From: an uncultured candidate division Zixibacteria bacterium | GTDB lineage: Bacteria > Zixibacteria > MSB-5A5 > UBA10806 > 4484-95 | Direction of reading: 5' to 3' | Assembly: GCA_963668625.2 (NCBI GenBank) | Contig: CAXXKA010000001.1 | Location: forward strand, 256,001-320,000 | DNA: 64,000 bases | Shown: in pieces, positions 1 to 9,702 of the stretch | Layout of the letters: each line of letters starts with the position of its first letter | Numbering within the stretch: the stretch's first letter is position 1 | Position numbers and translations under genes: made by a program | The notes under the pieces: model-generated | Databases searched by the model: none | What the model was told of the DNA's origin: nothing | What the model saw: the letters and a program-made list of their open reading frames with translations, nothing else

Positions 1-148
1 AAAAAGCGTATTTACACCGAAAAAGATAAGATGACCACCTTAATGGTAATCTTAAAGCCTGATAAATAGTATATTCCACGCATCCATTTTGTTTATTTTT
101 CGTATATTATAGATGCTTTATGTTATCACTCCGTGTTTAATAACAAGT

Positions 149-177
149 TTGACTTTAATACGCCATCAATGTAGATT
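149..177 (+). promoter_or_regulatory. sigma70-type promoter for the hydrolase operon
   Basis: TTGACT(149-154)-N17-TAGATT(172-177); SD AAAGGAG precedes the ATG at 202. Confidence 0.55.
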
Positions 178-201
178 AACTGCTCGAAAGGAGAATCAAT
201 A

Positions 202-2904
202 ATGAGAGCAATAAAGTTATTAGTTTTATTACTGGTAGTTAGTGGTATTATTTTTAGTTGTGGGGAGAAACCTGTGGGTAATGTCGCGAAAAAAGTTCTG
301 GATAATGGATTAACCGTTCTTATCAAAGAGGATCACTCCTCGCCGGTAGTTTCTATCGTCACTTATGTCAGCGCCGGATATTTTAACGAGCCGGATTCGC
401 TGACCGGGATAGCGCATCTACTGGAGCACATGTATTTCAAGGGCACCGAACGCAGGGGAGTGGGCGATCTTGCCCGTGAGACCCGCGAGGCGGGAGGCTA
501 TCTAAACGCCGGTACAAGCTACGAACGCACCGCTTATTACACATCGTTGCCCTCATACTCTTTCGAACAAGGATTGGATATTCAATCGGATGCCCTGGTG
601 AACTCGGCAATCGATCCCGAGGAGTTAGCCAAAGAATCGAAAGTAGTCATACAGGAGATAAAACGCAAGCTGGATAATCCGGATGCGTTTTCGTACGAGA
701 AACTGCTCGATTTAGCTTTCGATAAACATCGCATAAGACGCTGGCGGATGGGCTACGAGGATCAGGTCGCGGGCTGGAGCCGTGACCATCTCTATACATT
801 TTACCAGGATCATTACCGCCCGGAAAATATAGTCCTGTCGGTGGTCGGTGATGTTAATACCGATGAGGCTTTCGAGTTAATCGAGAAGTACTACGGCAAT
901 ATCGAACGGGGAGAGATTAAAACCGAATACTCGCCTGTCGAGCCGCCCCAGACCCAGTTCAAATACAGACGAATGACCGGTGATGTTAACCGTAACCTTA
1001 TTTATGTCGGTTTTCATACGCCGGGTGGGTTGCATGATGATGCCTATGCGCTTATGGTCATGGACTATATCTTAAGCGGCGGCCGGGCTTCGAGATTCTA
1101 CCAGGAGATACGCGAGAAAAAACAACTCGCTCAGAGCATCAGCTCCTATTACGACATATATAAAGATTTCGGATATTTTACCGCCAGTGCCGAGCAAAAC
1201 GAACAAGAGCCGCTGGAATTACTCAAATCGGTATTCCAGGAGATCGAACGTTTGAAGATCGAATCTGTCACCGAGGCGGAATTGACCAGGGCGATTAATC
1301 AACTCGAATCGACATACCTTCACTCGTTCGAGGAGGTTAACGGTCTGGCTATCACTATGGCGATGAACGAAGCCTATGGAGATTACGCGATGGCTTTCGA
1401 ATATATCGATAAGCTTCGCAAAGTGACGCCCGCCGATATCGAGCGAGTGGCAAATAAGTATTTCGATATAACCAATGCCACGATTCTCGAATATTTGCCG
1501 AAAACCGATGAACATCAGGATTATACGGCGAAGCAGATGCAGGCGCTTATCTATGATGCCGTGGGAGAATTCAAAGCCAGGTTCGTTCCCGGTGAGGAGC
1601 AGAAATACACCGATGCGGAGGCGCTCGGAGTTGGCGGCAGTCAGTTGCCAGATAAAGAATCTCAAAGTGCAACCCTGGCAAACGGCATAACGGTAGTGTG
1701 CAAAGAGAACCATTCGGTACCGCTGGTTTCGGTAGCGGCTTATTTCAATGGGGGTACCTTCGTCGAAACTAAAGAAGACGCCGGGGTGACTTTCCTGATG
1801 GCTAAAACCGCTATCAAGGGAACCGAGAACATGACAGCTCTGGAGATAGCCGAGAAAACCGAGATTCTAGGCAGCAATATCGGTTATGATATCGATGACG
1901 ATTATTTCGGATTCACATTCGAGAGTATGTCGCGTAATTTCGAAAGCGGCTTTTCTATTTTCTCGGATGTCATCCTTAACCCGATATTCCCAGTGGATGA
2001 GATGACGAAAGAGAGGGAATATCAAATCGCCGTAATCAAACGTCAGAAAGATTCCATGAGCAGCTATCCGACCGAGCTATGCATGCAGGCTCTTTACGAG
2101 AATCATCCTTATGGACTACCCTCGGCCGGTATCGAAGAGGCCATAAATGAACTAACGATTGAAGATCTAAAAAAACGTCACCAGCGAGGAGTAAAGACCG
2201 GTAATCTGGTGATTACATTCGTCGGCGATATTACTCTCGATGAGGCAAAAAGCCTGACCGAGAAATACCTGGCCGATATGCAGCTAGGGGAACGGGACAT
2301 GATCAACGAACCGTATCCTCAGCTAAGCTCCATCCATACGAAAGTGGAGAACCGTGAGAAAGCGCAGACCGCTCAATCGTTTGCTTTTATCACCTGTAAT
2401 TATTCCAATCCCGACCATCAACCACTGAAAGTGTTGCAGAATATCGTCAGTGGTATGGGGGCGCGTCTTCACTACCAGGTACGGGAAAGCCGCTCGTTGG
2501 CATATACCGTGTATGGCTACCAGAGCGCGGCTACTCTGGCAGGATCGTTCATCTGCTATATGGCGACCTCCCCCGAGAACGCTCTGGCTGCGCGAAATAT
2601 CGCTGTTGATGTATTAACTGGTTTGAAAGATGATCCGCCGACCGAGGAAGAGTTCAAGAGATCGGTCAATTATACCGCCGGTTCGTTCAGCATTTACCTT
2701 CAAACCAACGCCCGCCAGGCTGACCTTTACAGCCGCTGGGAACTGGCCGGTAAGGGCTATAAATCCGTAGATACCTACCCTGATGATATCAGAAAGGTAA
2801 CGCAGGCACAGGTACTCGAGGTGGCCAATAAATATTTCAGTACCCCGAATTATGCCGTGGGCATGATTGAGGGCGTGGGCGCCTCGGTTAAACAGAGAGA
2901 ATAG
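202..2904 (+). CDS. M16 family (insulinase/pitrilysin-like) zinc protease, probable lipoprotein
   Basis: HLLEH inverted zincin motif; two M16 units, the second lacking the motif; lipobox-like IIFSC. Confidence 0.92.
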   Translation: MRAIKLLVLLLVVSGIIFSCGEKPVGNVAKKVLDNGLTVLIKEDHSSPVVSIVTYVSAGYFNEPDSLTGIAHLLEHMYFKGTERRGVGDLARETREAGGYLNAGTSYERTAYYTSLPSYSFEQGLDIQSDALVNSAIDPEELAKESKVVIQEIKRKLDNPDAFSYEKLLDLAFDKHRIRRWRMGYEDQVAGWSRDHLYTFYQDHYRPENIVLSVVGDVNTDEAFELIEKYYGNIERGEIKTEYSPVEPPQTQFKYRRMTGDVNRNLIYVGFHTPGGLHDDAYALMVMDYILSGGRASRFYQEIREKKQLAQSISSYYDIYKDFGYFTASAEQNEQEPLELLKSVFQEIERLKIESVTEAELTRAINQLESTYLHSFEEVNGLAITMAMNEAYGDYAMAFEYIDKLRKVTPADIERVANKYFDITNATILEYLPKTDEHQDYTAKQMQALIYDAVGEFKARFVPGEEQKYTDAEALGVGGSQLPDKESQSATLANGITVVCKENHSVPLVSVAAYFNGGTFVETKEDAGVTFLMAKTAIKGTENMTALEIAEKTEILGSNIGYDIDDDYFGFTFESMSRNFESGFSIFSDVILNPIFPVDEMTKEREYQIAVIKRQKDSMSSYPTELCMQALYENHPYGLPSAGIEEAINELTIEDLKKRHQRGVKTGNLVITFVGDITLDEAKSLTEKYLADMQLGERDMINEPYPQLSSIHTKVENREKAQTAQSFAFITCNYSNPDHQPLKVLQNIVSGMGARLHYQVRESRSLAYTVYGYQSAATLAGSFICYMATSPENALAARNIAVDVLTGLKDDPPTEEEFKRSVNYTAGSFSIYLQTNARQADLYSRWELAGKGYKSVDTYPDDIRKVTQAQVLEVANKYFSTPNYAVGMIEGVGASVKQRE

Positions 2905-3834
2905 GTGTTGCTGAAAGTATTTTACGATTCAGCTTTTTTAAAGCACAACCCGGGGGGCTGGCATCCCGAATCGCCGGCCCGCCTGGTTTCCGCCCTGGAG
3001 GCCGTTCGTCATTTGCCCCGAATTGATATCATGGAACGATGCCGTAAGGCTACTCGCGATGAGATCGAACTCGTTCATACCTCCGAATATTTCGACTATA
3101 TAAACTCCATCCCCGATGAGCAAACGATGATCGATCCGGATACGGGTTATGGGCCGGGAAGTTACACTGCCGCTCTAAAAGCCGTTGGCGCGTGTATTCA
3201 AGCGGTCGACCATGTTCTGGCGGGCGAAAGTTATCGGGCGTTTTGCGCTGTCAGGCCGCCGGGACATCATGCCTACAGTGACCGATCGAAAGGTTTCTGC
3301 GTATTTAACAATATTGCGATTGCCGCGAAATATGCCCGGGTTAAAAAGGATATGAGCCGGATCGCGATTATCGATTACGATGTTCATCACGGTAACGGCA
3401 CCCAGGAGGCGTTTTATGATTCGCCGGAGGTGCTTTTCATTTCATCTCATCAATACCCGTTTTATCCCGGTACCGGCCCGGCCTCGGATATCGGCTCGGG
3501 TAAAGGCGAGGGATACAATATCAATATCCCTTTACCATATGGAATGGAAGATGAGCAGTACCTGGAGATTTTCAAGCATCGAATCGTGCCTGAGGTGGAT
3601 AAATATAAACCTGAGCTGATAATGGTATCCTCGGGTTTCGACAGCCATCGCGATGACCCGTTGGCGGGTTTGAATCTCAGCTCGGATATTTATGGCAAGA
3701 TTACCGAAATGATCGTTGATTTAGCGAACAAACATTGTTATGGTAGAATCGTATCGGTACTCGAGGGAGGCTATAACTTGATCGCCCTGAAAGAGTCGGT
3801 GAGTAACCATCTTAAGGAGTTGGTAAATGACTGA
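2905..3834 (+). CDS. histone deacetylase / acetoin utilization deacetylase family protein
   Basis: HPESPAR, RPPGHHA, GFCVFNN, DYDVHHGNGTQ and LEGGY motifs. Confidence 0.93.
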   Translation: MLLKVFYDSAFLKHNPGGWHPESPARLVSALEAVRHLPRIDIMERCRKATRDEIELVHTSEYFDYINSIPDEQTMIDPDTGYGPGSYTAALKAVGACIQAVDHVLAGESYRAFCAVRPPGHHAYSDRSKGFCVFNNIAIAAKYARVKKDMSRIAIIDYDVHHGNGTQEAFYDSPEVLFISSHQYPFYPGTGPASDIGSGKGEGYNINIPLPYGMEDEQYLEIFKHRIVPEVDKYKPELIMVSSGFDSHRDDPLAGLNLSSDIYGKITEMIVDLANKHCYGRIVSVLEGGYNLIALKESVSNHLKELVND

Positions 3835-4597
3835 AAGAAGATACCTTAAATTCGCCTGCGCCAGTTACGAGGGGCTCGGCGTTTTACGGGATGATAAAGT
3901 ATATGAGGTGACCGGAGATTTTTTTCGGGATTTCAAAATCGGCCAAAACAGTTTTGATCTCGATGAGATAACTTTTCTGCCGCCATGTGTTCCGCAGAAA
4001 ATATTGTGTGTCGGCCTGAACTATGCCGCCCATGCCGATGAGAGCACGCTCGATGCTATTCCCGAGGAGCCGTTGTTTTTCATGAAACCGCCGTCGGCAT
4101 TGATCGGTCATAATCATAATATTATCAAACCGGCCTGGGTGAACCGGGTTGACTACGAGGGCGAGATCGCCGCCGTTATCGGAAAGCCACTGCGCAATGT
4201 CTCCGAGGACGAGGCGCTCGCCGGAGTATTCGGTTATACCTGTGTTAATGATGTTACCGCGCGTAATATGCAGAAACGCGATAAACAATGGACGCGCCCC
4301 AAGGGTTTCGATACGTTCTGCCCGATAGGCCCGTATATCGTCAGCGGCATCGATCCCTCCGATTTGAAACTTGAGACACGCTTGAACGGCAAGGTCGTTC
4401 AAAGCGCCAATACCTCGCTGATGATGCGCTCGATTGCGGAAGTCATCAGCTATATCTCCAAAGTAATGACTCTTTATCCCGGCGATATCATCTCCACTGG
4501 TACGCCTAAAGGAGTCGGCCCGATGAAAGCCGGGGATGTAGTAGAGGTTGAAATCGAAAAAATCGGCACACTTAGAAATCCGGTGATCGAACAGTGA
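3827..4597 (+). CDS. fumarylacetoacetate hydrolase family protein
   Basis: CVGLNY, FMKPPS, DYEGE, NDVTAR, KGFDTFCPIGP, PGDIISTGTP. Confidence 0.93.
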   Translation: MTERRYLKFACASYEGLGVLRDDKVYEVTGDFFRDFKIGQNSFDLDEITFLPPCVPQKILCVGLNYAAHADESTLDAIPEEPLFFMKPPSALIGHNHNIIKPAWVNRVDYEGEIAAVIGKPLRNVSEDEALAGVFGYTCVNDVTARNMQKRDKQWTRPKGFDTFCPIGPYIVSGIDPSDLKLETRLNGKVVQSANTSLMMRSIAEVISYISKVMTLYPGDIISTGTPKGVGPMKAGDVVEVEIEKIGTLRNPVIEQ

Positions 4598-6405
4598 AAT
4601 ATTTTCTTTTCGCGTTACTGTATGTTTTGATCGTATCATTATCGGCTTTCGGTGATGAGGTTTTCGCATTAAGCAATGATACGCCCGCTAATTATCATAT
4701 CGAGGCCGAACTAGATACCTCGTTGAAAATGATTTACGGACGTGAGACGATTGAATTTTTAAATCCTACAACTGAACCGCTCGACGAAATCATACTGCAT
4801 CTTTACCCGAATGCATTTCGAGATACTACTACTACGATGGCCATAGAGAGCGAGAGGATTCGATCTGATTTAAGAATAAACCGGGGATATATTAATTGCG
4901 ATTCGATTCTTGTTGATGGCGAACGAGCCGATTCTATTTTGATCGATGAAACTCTCATGCATATTTTCCCGAATGAACCTCTTCAACCCGGTAGACGGTT
5001 ATCACTCTCGCTCGTTTTCGAAATTAGAATCCCGAAAATTAGACTTCGTTATGGCTATGATGAAAATGGAAATTATCTCATATCGCACTGGCATCCCATA
5101 TTGGCGGGATACCAGCATAATAAAGCAATCGTATTTCAATATGGCGTTGATGGCGAATTTTTCTCGAATTTCGCCAACTATGAGATTAAGCTGGCGATAC
5201 CGGAGGGATATAAACTTCTTTCCACCGCCAACATTAATATTCCCGACTCGACCGTTTCGGGGCTGGCTTATTACGATCTCATAGCCGAAGGCGTGATAGA
5301 TTTCGCGTTCGCCTGCGGGCCGGGATGGCTTAATGAGGCGTACAATCATAACGGCGTTAATATCAACCTGTTTTATCTCGAGCAACACTCCGATAATATG
5401 CTTATATTGAAAAAGACTCTAAACGGATCGCTGGACTATTTCGGGGAAAAATTCTATCCATATCCTTATCCTAATTTGAGTTTCGTCGATATCTCTCCCG
5501 GCGCGGAGGGAATGGAGCTGCCGCGTATGGTGGCGATGTCATTCGAGACTCGTAATGGCGGCCCGAGCAGGATAAAGATGATAGCCATACATGAATTAGC
5601 GCATCAATGGTTTTACGCCACCGTGGCGACGAACGAGTATACCGAGCCCTGGCTGGATGAGGGAATAACCTCGTACGTTACGAATAGATGCGCTGACAAC
5701 CTGTACGGCAGAGTCAATGAGTTCGAGATAATGGGATTCGGATTGAGCCTGGAATTATTGCAGGGACTGGCCGCCAGAACCAGTGGCTATCTCGATCCGT
5801 TGAATAAGACGAGCGATGAGTTCAAATCCGGCGATTATTATATAAACGTTTACGCCCGTGCCCCGATCGTGTTACGGGCTCTCGAGGGCGTGCTGGGAAC
5901 CGGGACGTTCGATAAAGCGATGAAAGATTTTACCGATAGCCACAAATTTAAACATCCCGATAGCTACGATTTCAAGAGGGCATTGGAGCAATCCTCCGGG
6001 GTCGATCTCGAGTCGTTTTTCAATCAATACATTTTCGGTACTGCCCGGGTTGACTATAAAATCCAATCGGTCGAATCTCCGAAGTCGGATTCGTTATATA
6101 TCACCTCGGTTGATTTGCAACGTATTCATGATGGCGTGCTGCCTCAGCAGGTCGTGGTCGGTTTCAGGGATGGCAGCAAGCAGAGCAAACGTTGGGATGG
6201 TATCGATAAATACACCAGCCTATCGTTCGAATCGAACAGCCCGGCCGAGTACGCACGATTGGACACCTCGTATTATTATCTTATCGATGAGGACCTTATC
6301 AATAACTCTTATAGAATCGAACCTGATAGCGCATATACATTCGCGTTCTCCTCGCTTTTGATGACCTTAGTACAGCTAATTCTAATCATCGTTGGGTTGG
6401 TATGA
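4594..6405 (+). CDS. M1 family metallopeptidase (aminopeptidase), exported, C-terminal membrane anchor
   Basis: GMELP, HELAHQWF and WLDEG zinc motifs; signal peptide; hydrophobic C-terminus. Confidence 0.88.
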   Translation: MKYFLFALLYVLIVSLSAFGDEVFALSNDTPANYHIEAELDTSLKMIYGRETIEFLNPTTEPLDEIILHLYPNAFRDTTTTMAIESERIRSDLRINRGYINCDSILVDGERADSILIDETLMHIFPNEPLQPGRRLSLSLVFEIRIPKIRLRYGYDENGNYLISHWHPILAGYQHNKAIVFQYGVDGEFFSNFANYEIKLAIPEGYKLLSTANINIPDSTVSGLAYYDLIAEGVIDFAFACGPGWLNEAYNHNGVNINLFYLEQHSDNMLILKKTLNGSLDYFGEKFYPYPYPNLSFVDISPGAEGMELPRMVAMSFETRNGGPSRIKMIAIHELAHQWFYATVATNEYTEPWLDEGITSYVTNRCADNLYGRVNEFEIMGFGLSLELLQGLAARTSGYLDPLNKTSDEFKSGDYYINVYARAPIVLRALEGVLGTGTFDKAMKDFTDSHKFKHPDSYDFKRALEQSSGVDLESFFNQYIFGTARVDYKIQSVESPKSDSLYITSVDLQRIHDGVLPQQVVVGFRDGSKQSKRWDGIDKYTSLSFESNSPAEYARLDTSYYYLIDEDLINNSYRIEPDSAYTFAFSSLLMTLVQLILIIVGLV

Positions 6406-7232
6406 TGAAACGTTCCGGTGTCATCTCATTGTTGAAACCAACGCTGGCTTTATATATACCAAGGCTGGCATTCAGCGCGTTAATCGCGTTCCCGGTTTTC
6501 GTCTATCTCGATAGCTACTTCTCGAACTCGGCAATATCCGAGTTGCTCTGGCCGATACCCTCGGATTACGCTTTGATTGAACTGAGCTGGAATCTTAACG
6601 AACTGCTTTTATTCGCGATCCCGCTTTTACTACTCGTAATCTTTATAGGATTCATCACCAACCAGTTTATTTACGGCGGTGTTTATGGCCTGGTATATGC
6701 AGAAACGAATCTCAGCCTGCGTGATTTCTTCGCCTCCTGTGGCGGTCATTTCGGTGGTTTCGTGAAAATCGCGATTGCCGGAGGTGCTGGATTTATATTA
6801 GTTTTTCTGGCGGCTGATTTAATCGGTATGTTCATAGGCAAAGTGATTGGCCTGATCTATCGACCTCTGGGTACGATTATTACTATTGCGGTTGTCTTTA
6901 TCCTGGTTTATATCTACCTCGCGTTTCTAAGCGTTATGAGGCTAACCCAGGTTCAACACGAGATATCATCTTTGAGAAAAACCTATTCCTTATCCAAAGA
7001 AATTCTTACCGGTACCTCCCGCTATTTCATGGCGGTTAATATAATGGCCGGTTTTTTTGCGATGATTACGATTGCGATAATTTTACTGCCGCTGTTTTTG
7101 GTTTATCGCTTGCCTTTTAGCCAGGTCTTTACAATACTGATAGTGTTATTTCAGCAAATAGCGGTATTCTGGATTTGTTTTTTAGAGGTCATCCAGGTTA
7201 CCATTAATAGAAGATTCGTCAAGGAGAGTTAA
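6402..7232 (+). CDS. hypothetical polytopic membrane protein
   Basis: about 6 hydrophobic segments; overlaps the M1 stop (ATGA). Confidence 0.75.
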   Translation: MMKRSGVISLLKPTLALYIPRLAFSALIAFPVFVYLDSYFSNSAISELLWPIPSDYALIELSWNLNELLLFAIPLLLLVIFIGFITNQFIYGGVYGLVYAETNLSLRDFFASCGGHFGGFVKIAIAGGAGFILVFLAADLIGMFIGKVIGLIYRPLGTIITIAVVFILVYIYLAFLSVMRLTQVQHEISSLRKTYSLSKEILTGTSRYFMAVNIMAGFFAMITIAIILLPLFLVYRLPFSQVFTILIVLFQQIAVFWICFLEVIQVTINRRFVKES

Positions 7233-7233
7233 G

Positions 7234-7959
7234 ATGGAACTTAGATGGGATAGATTGAACTGGCAGGATATCAAAAGGCTCGTAAATGAGGGGTATGACA
7301 CGGTTCTCATTCCAGTCGGCACTATCGAGGCGCATGGCTGTATACCCCTGGGCACCGATAATATTATCCCGGAGACGATGGCTAACCGAATCGCTCCCGA
7401 TTTGAAAGTCTTGATAGCTCCGACTATAAATTATGGGATAACCCAATCGCTGATTGCCTATCCCGGCTCGCTGACTGTTTCGCCGGCAACCTTTATCAGC
7501 TACATGACCGAGATAATGAAATCGTTCGTCAAGTCAGGCATGAAAAAACTGATCGTGCTAAACGGTCATGGCGGGCAGACAAAACAGATGAAGGAAGTCG
7601 CATTCACGGTGCATACCGAGACAGAGGCTAAAGTCGCCGTTATCCAGTGGTGGGATATGGTTGCCGGTTTGGAGGAAAAGCTTTACGGCAAAACAGGCGG
7701 TCATGCCGCGTTGGATGAAACCGCGGCTCTTCAAGCCTGCGCGCCCGAAACGGTTCAGCCGGATTTATACAATCCCGATATGCATTACCGATATCAACCG
7801 GGCACTACTGTCTATCCGAACCCGGCCACGATCCTCAATTACCAGGATAATTATGGCGAGCTTGATTTCGATCAGGCTAAAGCTGATGCTTATTTCGATG
7901 AGGTTTGCGTGAAAGTTACCGATTTTATCAAAGATATTATCGAGCGCTGGGAGCGGTAA
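7234..7959 (+). CDS. creatininase / creatinine amidohydrolase family protein
   Basis: PVGTIEAHG, PLGTD, NGHGG, GGHA..DET motifs. Confidence 0.9.
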   Translation: MELRWDRLNWQDIKRLVNEGYDTVLIPVGTIEAHGCIPLGTDNIIPETMANRIAPDLKVLIAPTINYGITQSLIAYPGSLTVSPATFISYMTEIMKSFVKSGMKKLIVLNGHGGQTKQMKEVAFTVHTETEAKVAVIQWWDMVAGLEEKLYGKTGGHAALDETAALQACAPETVQPDLYNPDMHYRYQPGTTVYPNPATILNYQDNYGELDFDQAKADAYFDEVCVKVTDFIKDIIERWER

Positions 7960-7988
7960 CATATTAGTGCATAACGGGCATTATCCCG

Positions 7989-8093
7989 GCACAGTTATTG
8001 TGCGTCAACATTCGACATATTCATACGTATAACGATTAATCGAATGATTATCAATGTTTTAAAGGCATTAAACCTTTTGGCATGTGATTTGCT
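7989..8093 (+). promoter_or_regulatory. sigma54 promoter with IHF site and NtrC-like enhancer palindrome
   Basis: TGGCATGTGATTTGCT (8078-8093; GG-N10-GC); TATCAATGTTTTA (8049-8061) matches WATCAANNNNTTR; GCAC-N7-GTGC at 7989-8003. Confidence 0.7.
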
Positions 8094-8148
8094 CTAAGAG
8101 TTAACAGGATCTTTGATAACTAAACAGACGAACTTCCCCCTTTAGCAG

Positions 8149-8177
8149 TTGACAGGGATTTACGCTGATGGTACAAT
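8149..8177 (+). promoter_or_regulatory. sigma70-type promoter (extended -10)
   Basis: TTGACA-N17-TACAAT with TG at 8169-8170. Confidence 0.65.
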
Positions 8178-8325
8178 CTTCGTGGCAAGCTGTTTTCAGT
8201 CGGCGCAGGAGTATATGCGGCTGATATATATGCCGGATGAGAGAGAATAAGGATTATAATTTCTCGCTCCGGTGACATGAACAACAAAGCAAAGGTATTC
8301 GGCTTGCTGTTTAGTTGGAGGGATT

Positions 8326-9165
8326 ATGAAAGCATTCGTAACATCACTGTTGATATTAATGATAAGTTCAGGTGTACTAGCCCAGGTCAATCAGGAAATG
8401 GATGGGCCTCCCAGGGCGATTCCCCGCATACCGCCGCAGCATTATAATGTTCGATGGCTTATCGATAAGCCGACCGCTTACATGCTGCCCCGGGGTTCAT
8501 TCGATCTGGATTTCAAGACATTCCCCGGTGGAGGCGTACAGGCGGCGATAAACATAGGGCTGGCCAACAGGTTCATGATCGGCCTGGCTTACGGCGGCGC
8601 CAGTATACTCTCCGAAACAACACCCGAATGGAATCCGAAGATGGAGTTTAATATGCGCTACATGCTGATGGAGCAGTACGGCTCTATTCCGCAAATGGCG
8701 ATAGGTTTCGGCTCCTCGGGTTATGGCTTGTTCCAGGAGAAAGATACCACCATCGGTTATGAGGAGGATCGCTACCTGATCAAGTCGCCCGGATTTTATC
8801 TGAGTGTTTCCAAGGAATACCCGGTATACGCAAGCTACTTGAGTCTTCATGGAGGAGTGAACTACTCGTTGGAGAACGATATCGATGGTGACCCTGATAT
8901 CTATTTTGGAACGCTGGTGCATCTGGGCTACGATATGATTTTCATAGCCGAGTACGATGTAGCATTTAACGATAACAATACCTCCGGCATTTTCGGCCGG
9001 GGCAGGGGATATCTGAACTGCGGAGTCGCCTGGTACATAACTCCGCAACTTCAAATCGAACTAGATTTCAGGAATATACTTTTAAACCGCCGCCCGCACG
9101 GCGATGAGGATCTGGTTTTAGATAGGGAGGTTCGCCTGGTTTACCTTCAATTTTTTACTGATTGA
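8326..9165 (+). CDS. exported, probable outer-membrane beta-barrel protein (YjbH-like)
   Basis: signal peptide; LIDKPTAYMLPRG resembles the start of YjbH-type domains; alternating aromatic beta-strand pattern. Confidence 0.65.
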   Translation: MKAFVTSLLILMISSGVLAQVNQEMDGPPRAIPRIPPQHYNVRWLIDKPTAYMLPRGSFDLDFKTFPGGGVQAAINIGLANRFMIGLAYGGASILSETTPEWNPKMEFNMRYMLMEQYGSIPQMAIGFGSSGYGLFQEKDTTIGYEEDRYLIKSPGFYLSVSKEYPVYASYLSLHGGVNYSLENDIDGDPDIYFGTLVHLGYDMIFIAEYDVAFNDNNTSGIFGRGRGYLNCGVAWYITPQLQIELDFRNILLNRRPHGDEDLVLDREVRLVYLQFFTD

Positions 9166-9176
9166 TGAGGCTAGTA

Positions 9177-9698
9177 ATGTTAAAATTCAGCAAAGCCGCG
9201 GTCATCATCGCGGTTTTTTTATTAACCGCTACCAGCGGATGCTATACCAAGCTAAAATCCACCGAGGTTAAGATCGTACCGGACTCCCCGGATCAAATTT
9301 ACGAGGAGCAGGAGTATGACGGCCCGGATTGGAATTTCGGTTATGGTTGGTATAATCCCGGCTGGGGTTACGATAATTCGTATTATTACTACTATCATGT
9401 CAACTGGTGGGATGAGTGTCGTTGGTGCGGTTCGGATGATGGCAATCCTGATATCGAATTATTCGAAAACACCAAAAAAATTCCTCATCGAAGCGATCCA
9501 TACCTGCCATCCGGTGCGACTGCCGGTGGAACAGGCGGTACGGTGACTCCCTCAGTACAGGTTAAACCGACAACGCCAACTACCGACCCGGGAACATCAA
9601 CACCGATAGTACAGCCAAAATCGGAAACATCGAATAAAAATAACGGTAACAACAACAAATCTGATTCTAATAAGAAAACAAAAAAGCGTAGAAGGTAG
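9177..9698 (+). CDS. hypothetical lipoprotein (Tyr/Trp-rich core, low-complexity basic tail)
   Basis: lipobox TSGC; GAGG before the ATG at 9177 (the ORF track starts it at 9162). Confidence 0.7.
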   Translation: MLKFSKAAVIIAVFLLTATSGCYTKLKSTEVKIVPDSPDQIYEEQEYDGPDWNFGYGWYNPGWGYDNSYYYYYHVNWWDECRWCGSDDGNPDIELFENTKKIPHRSDPYLPSGATAGGTGGTVTPSVQVKPTTPTTDPGTSTPIVQPKSETSNKNNGNNNKSDSNKKTKKRRR

Positions 9699-9702
9699 TT
9701 AG

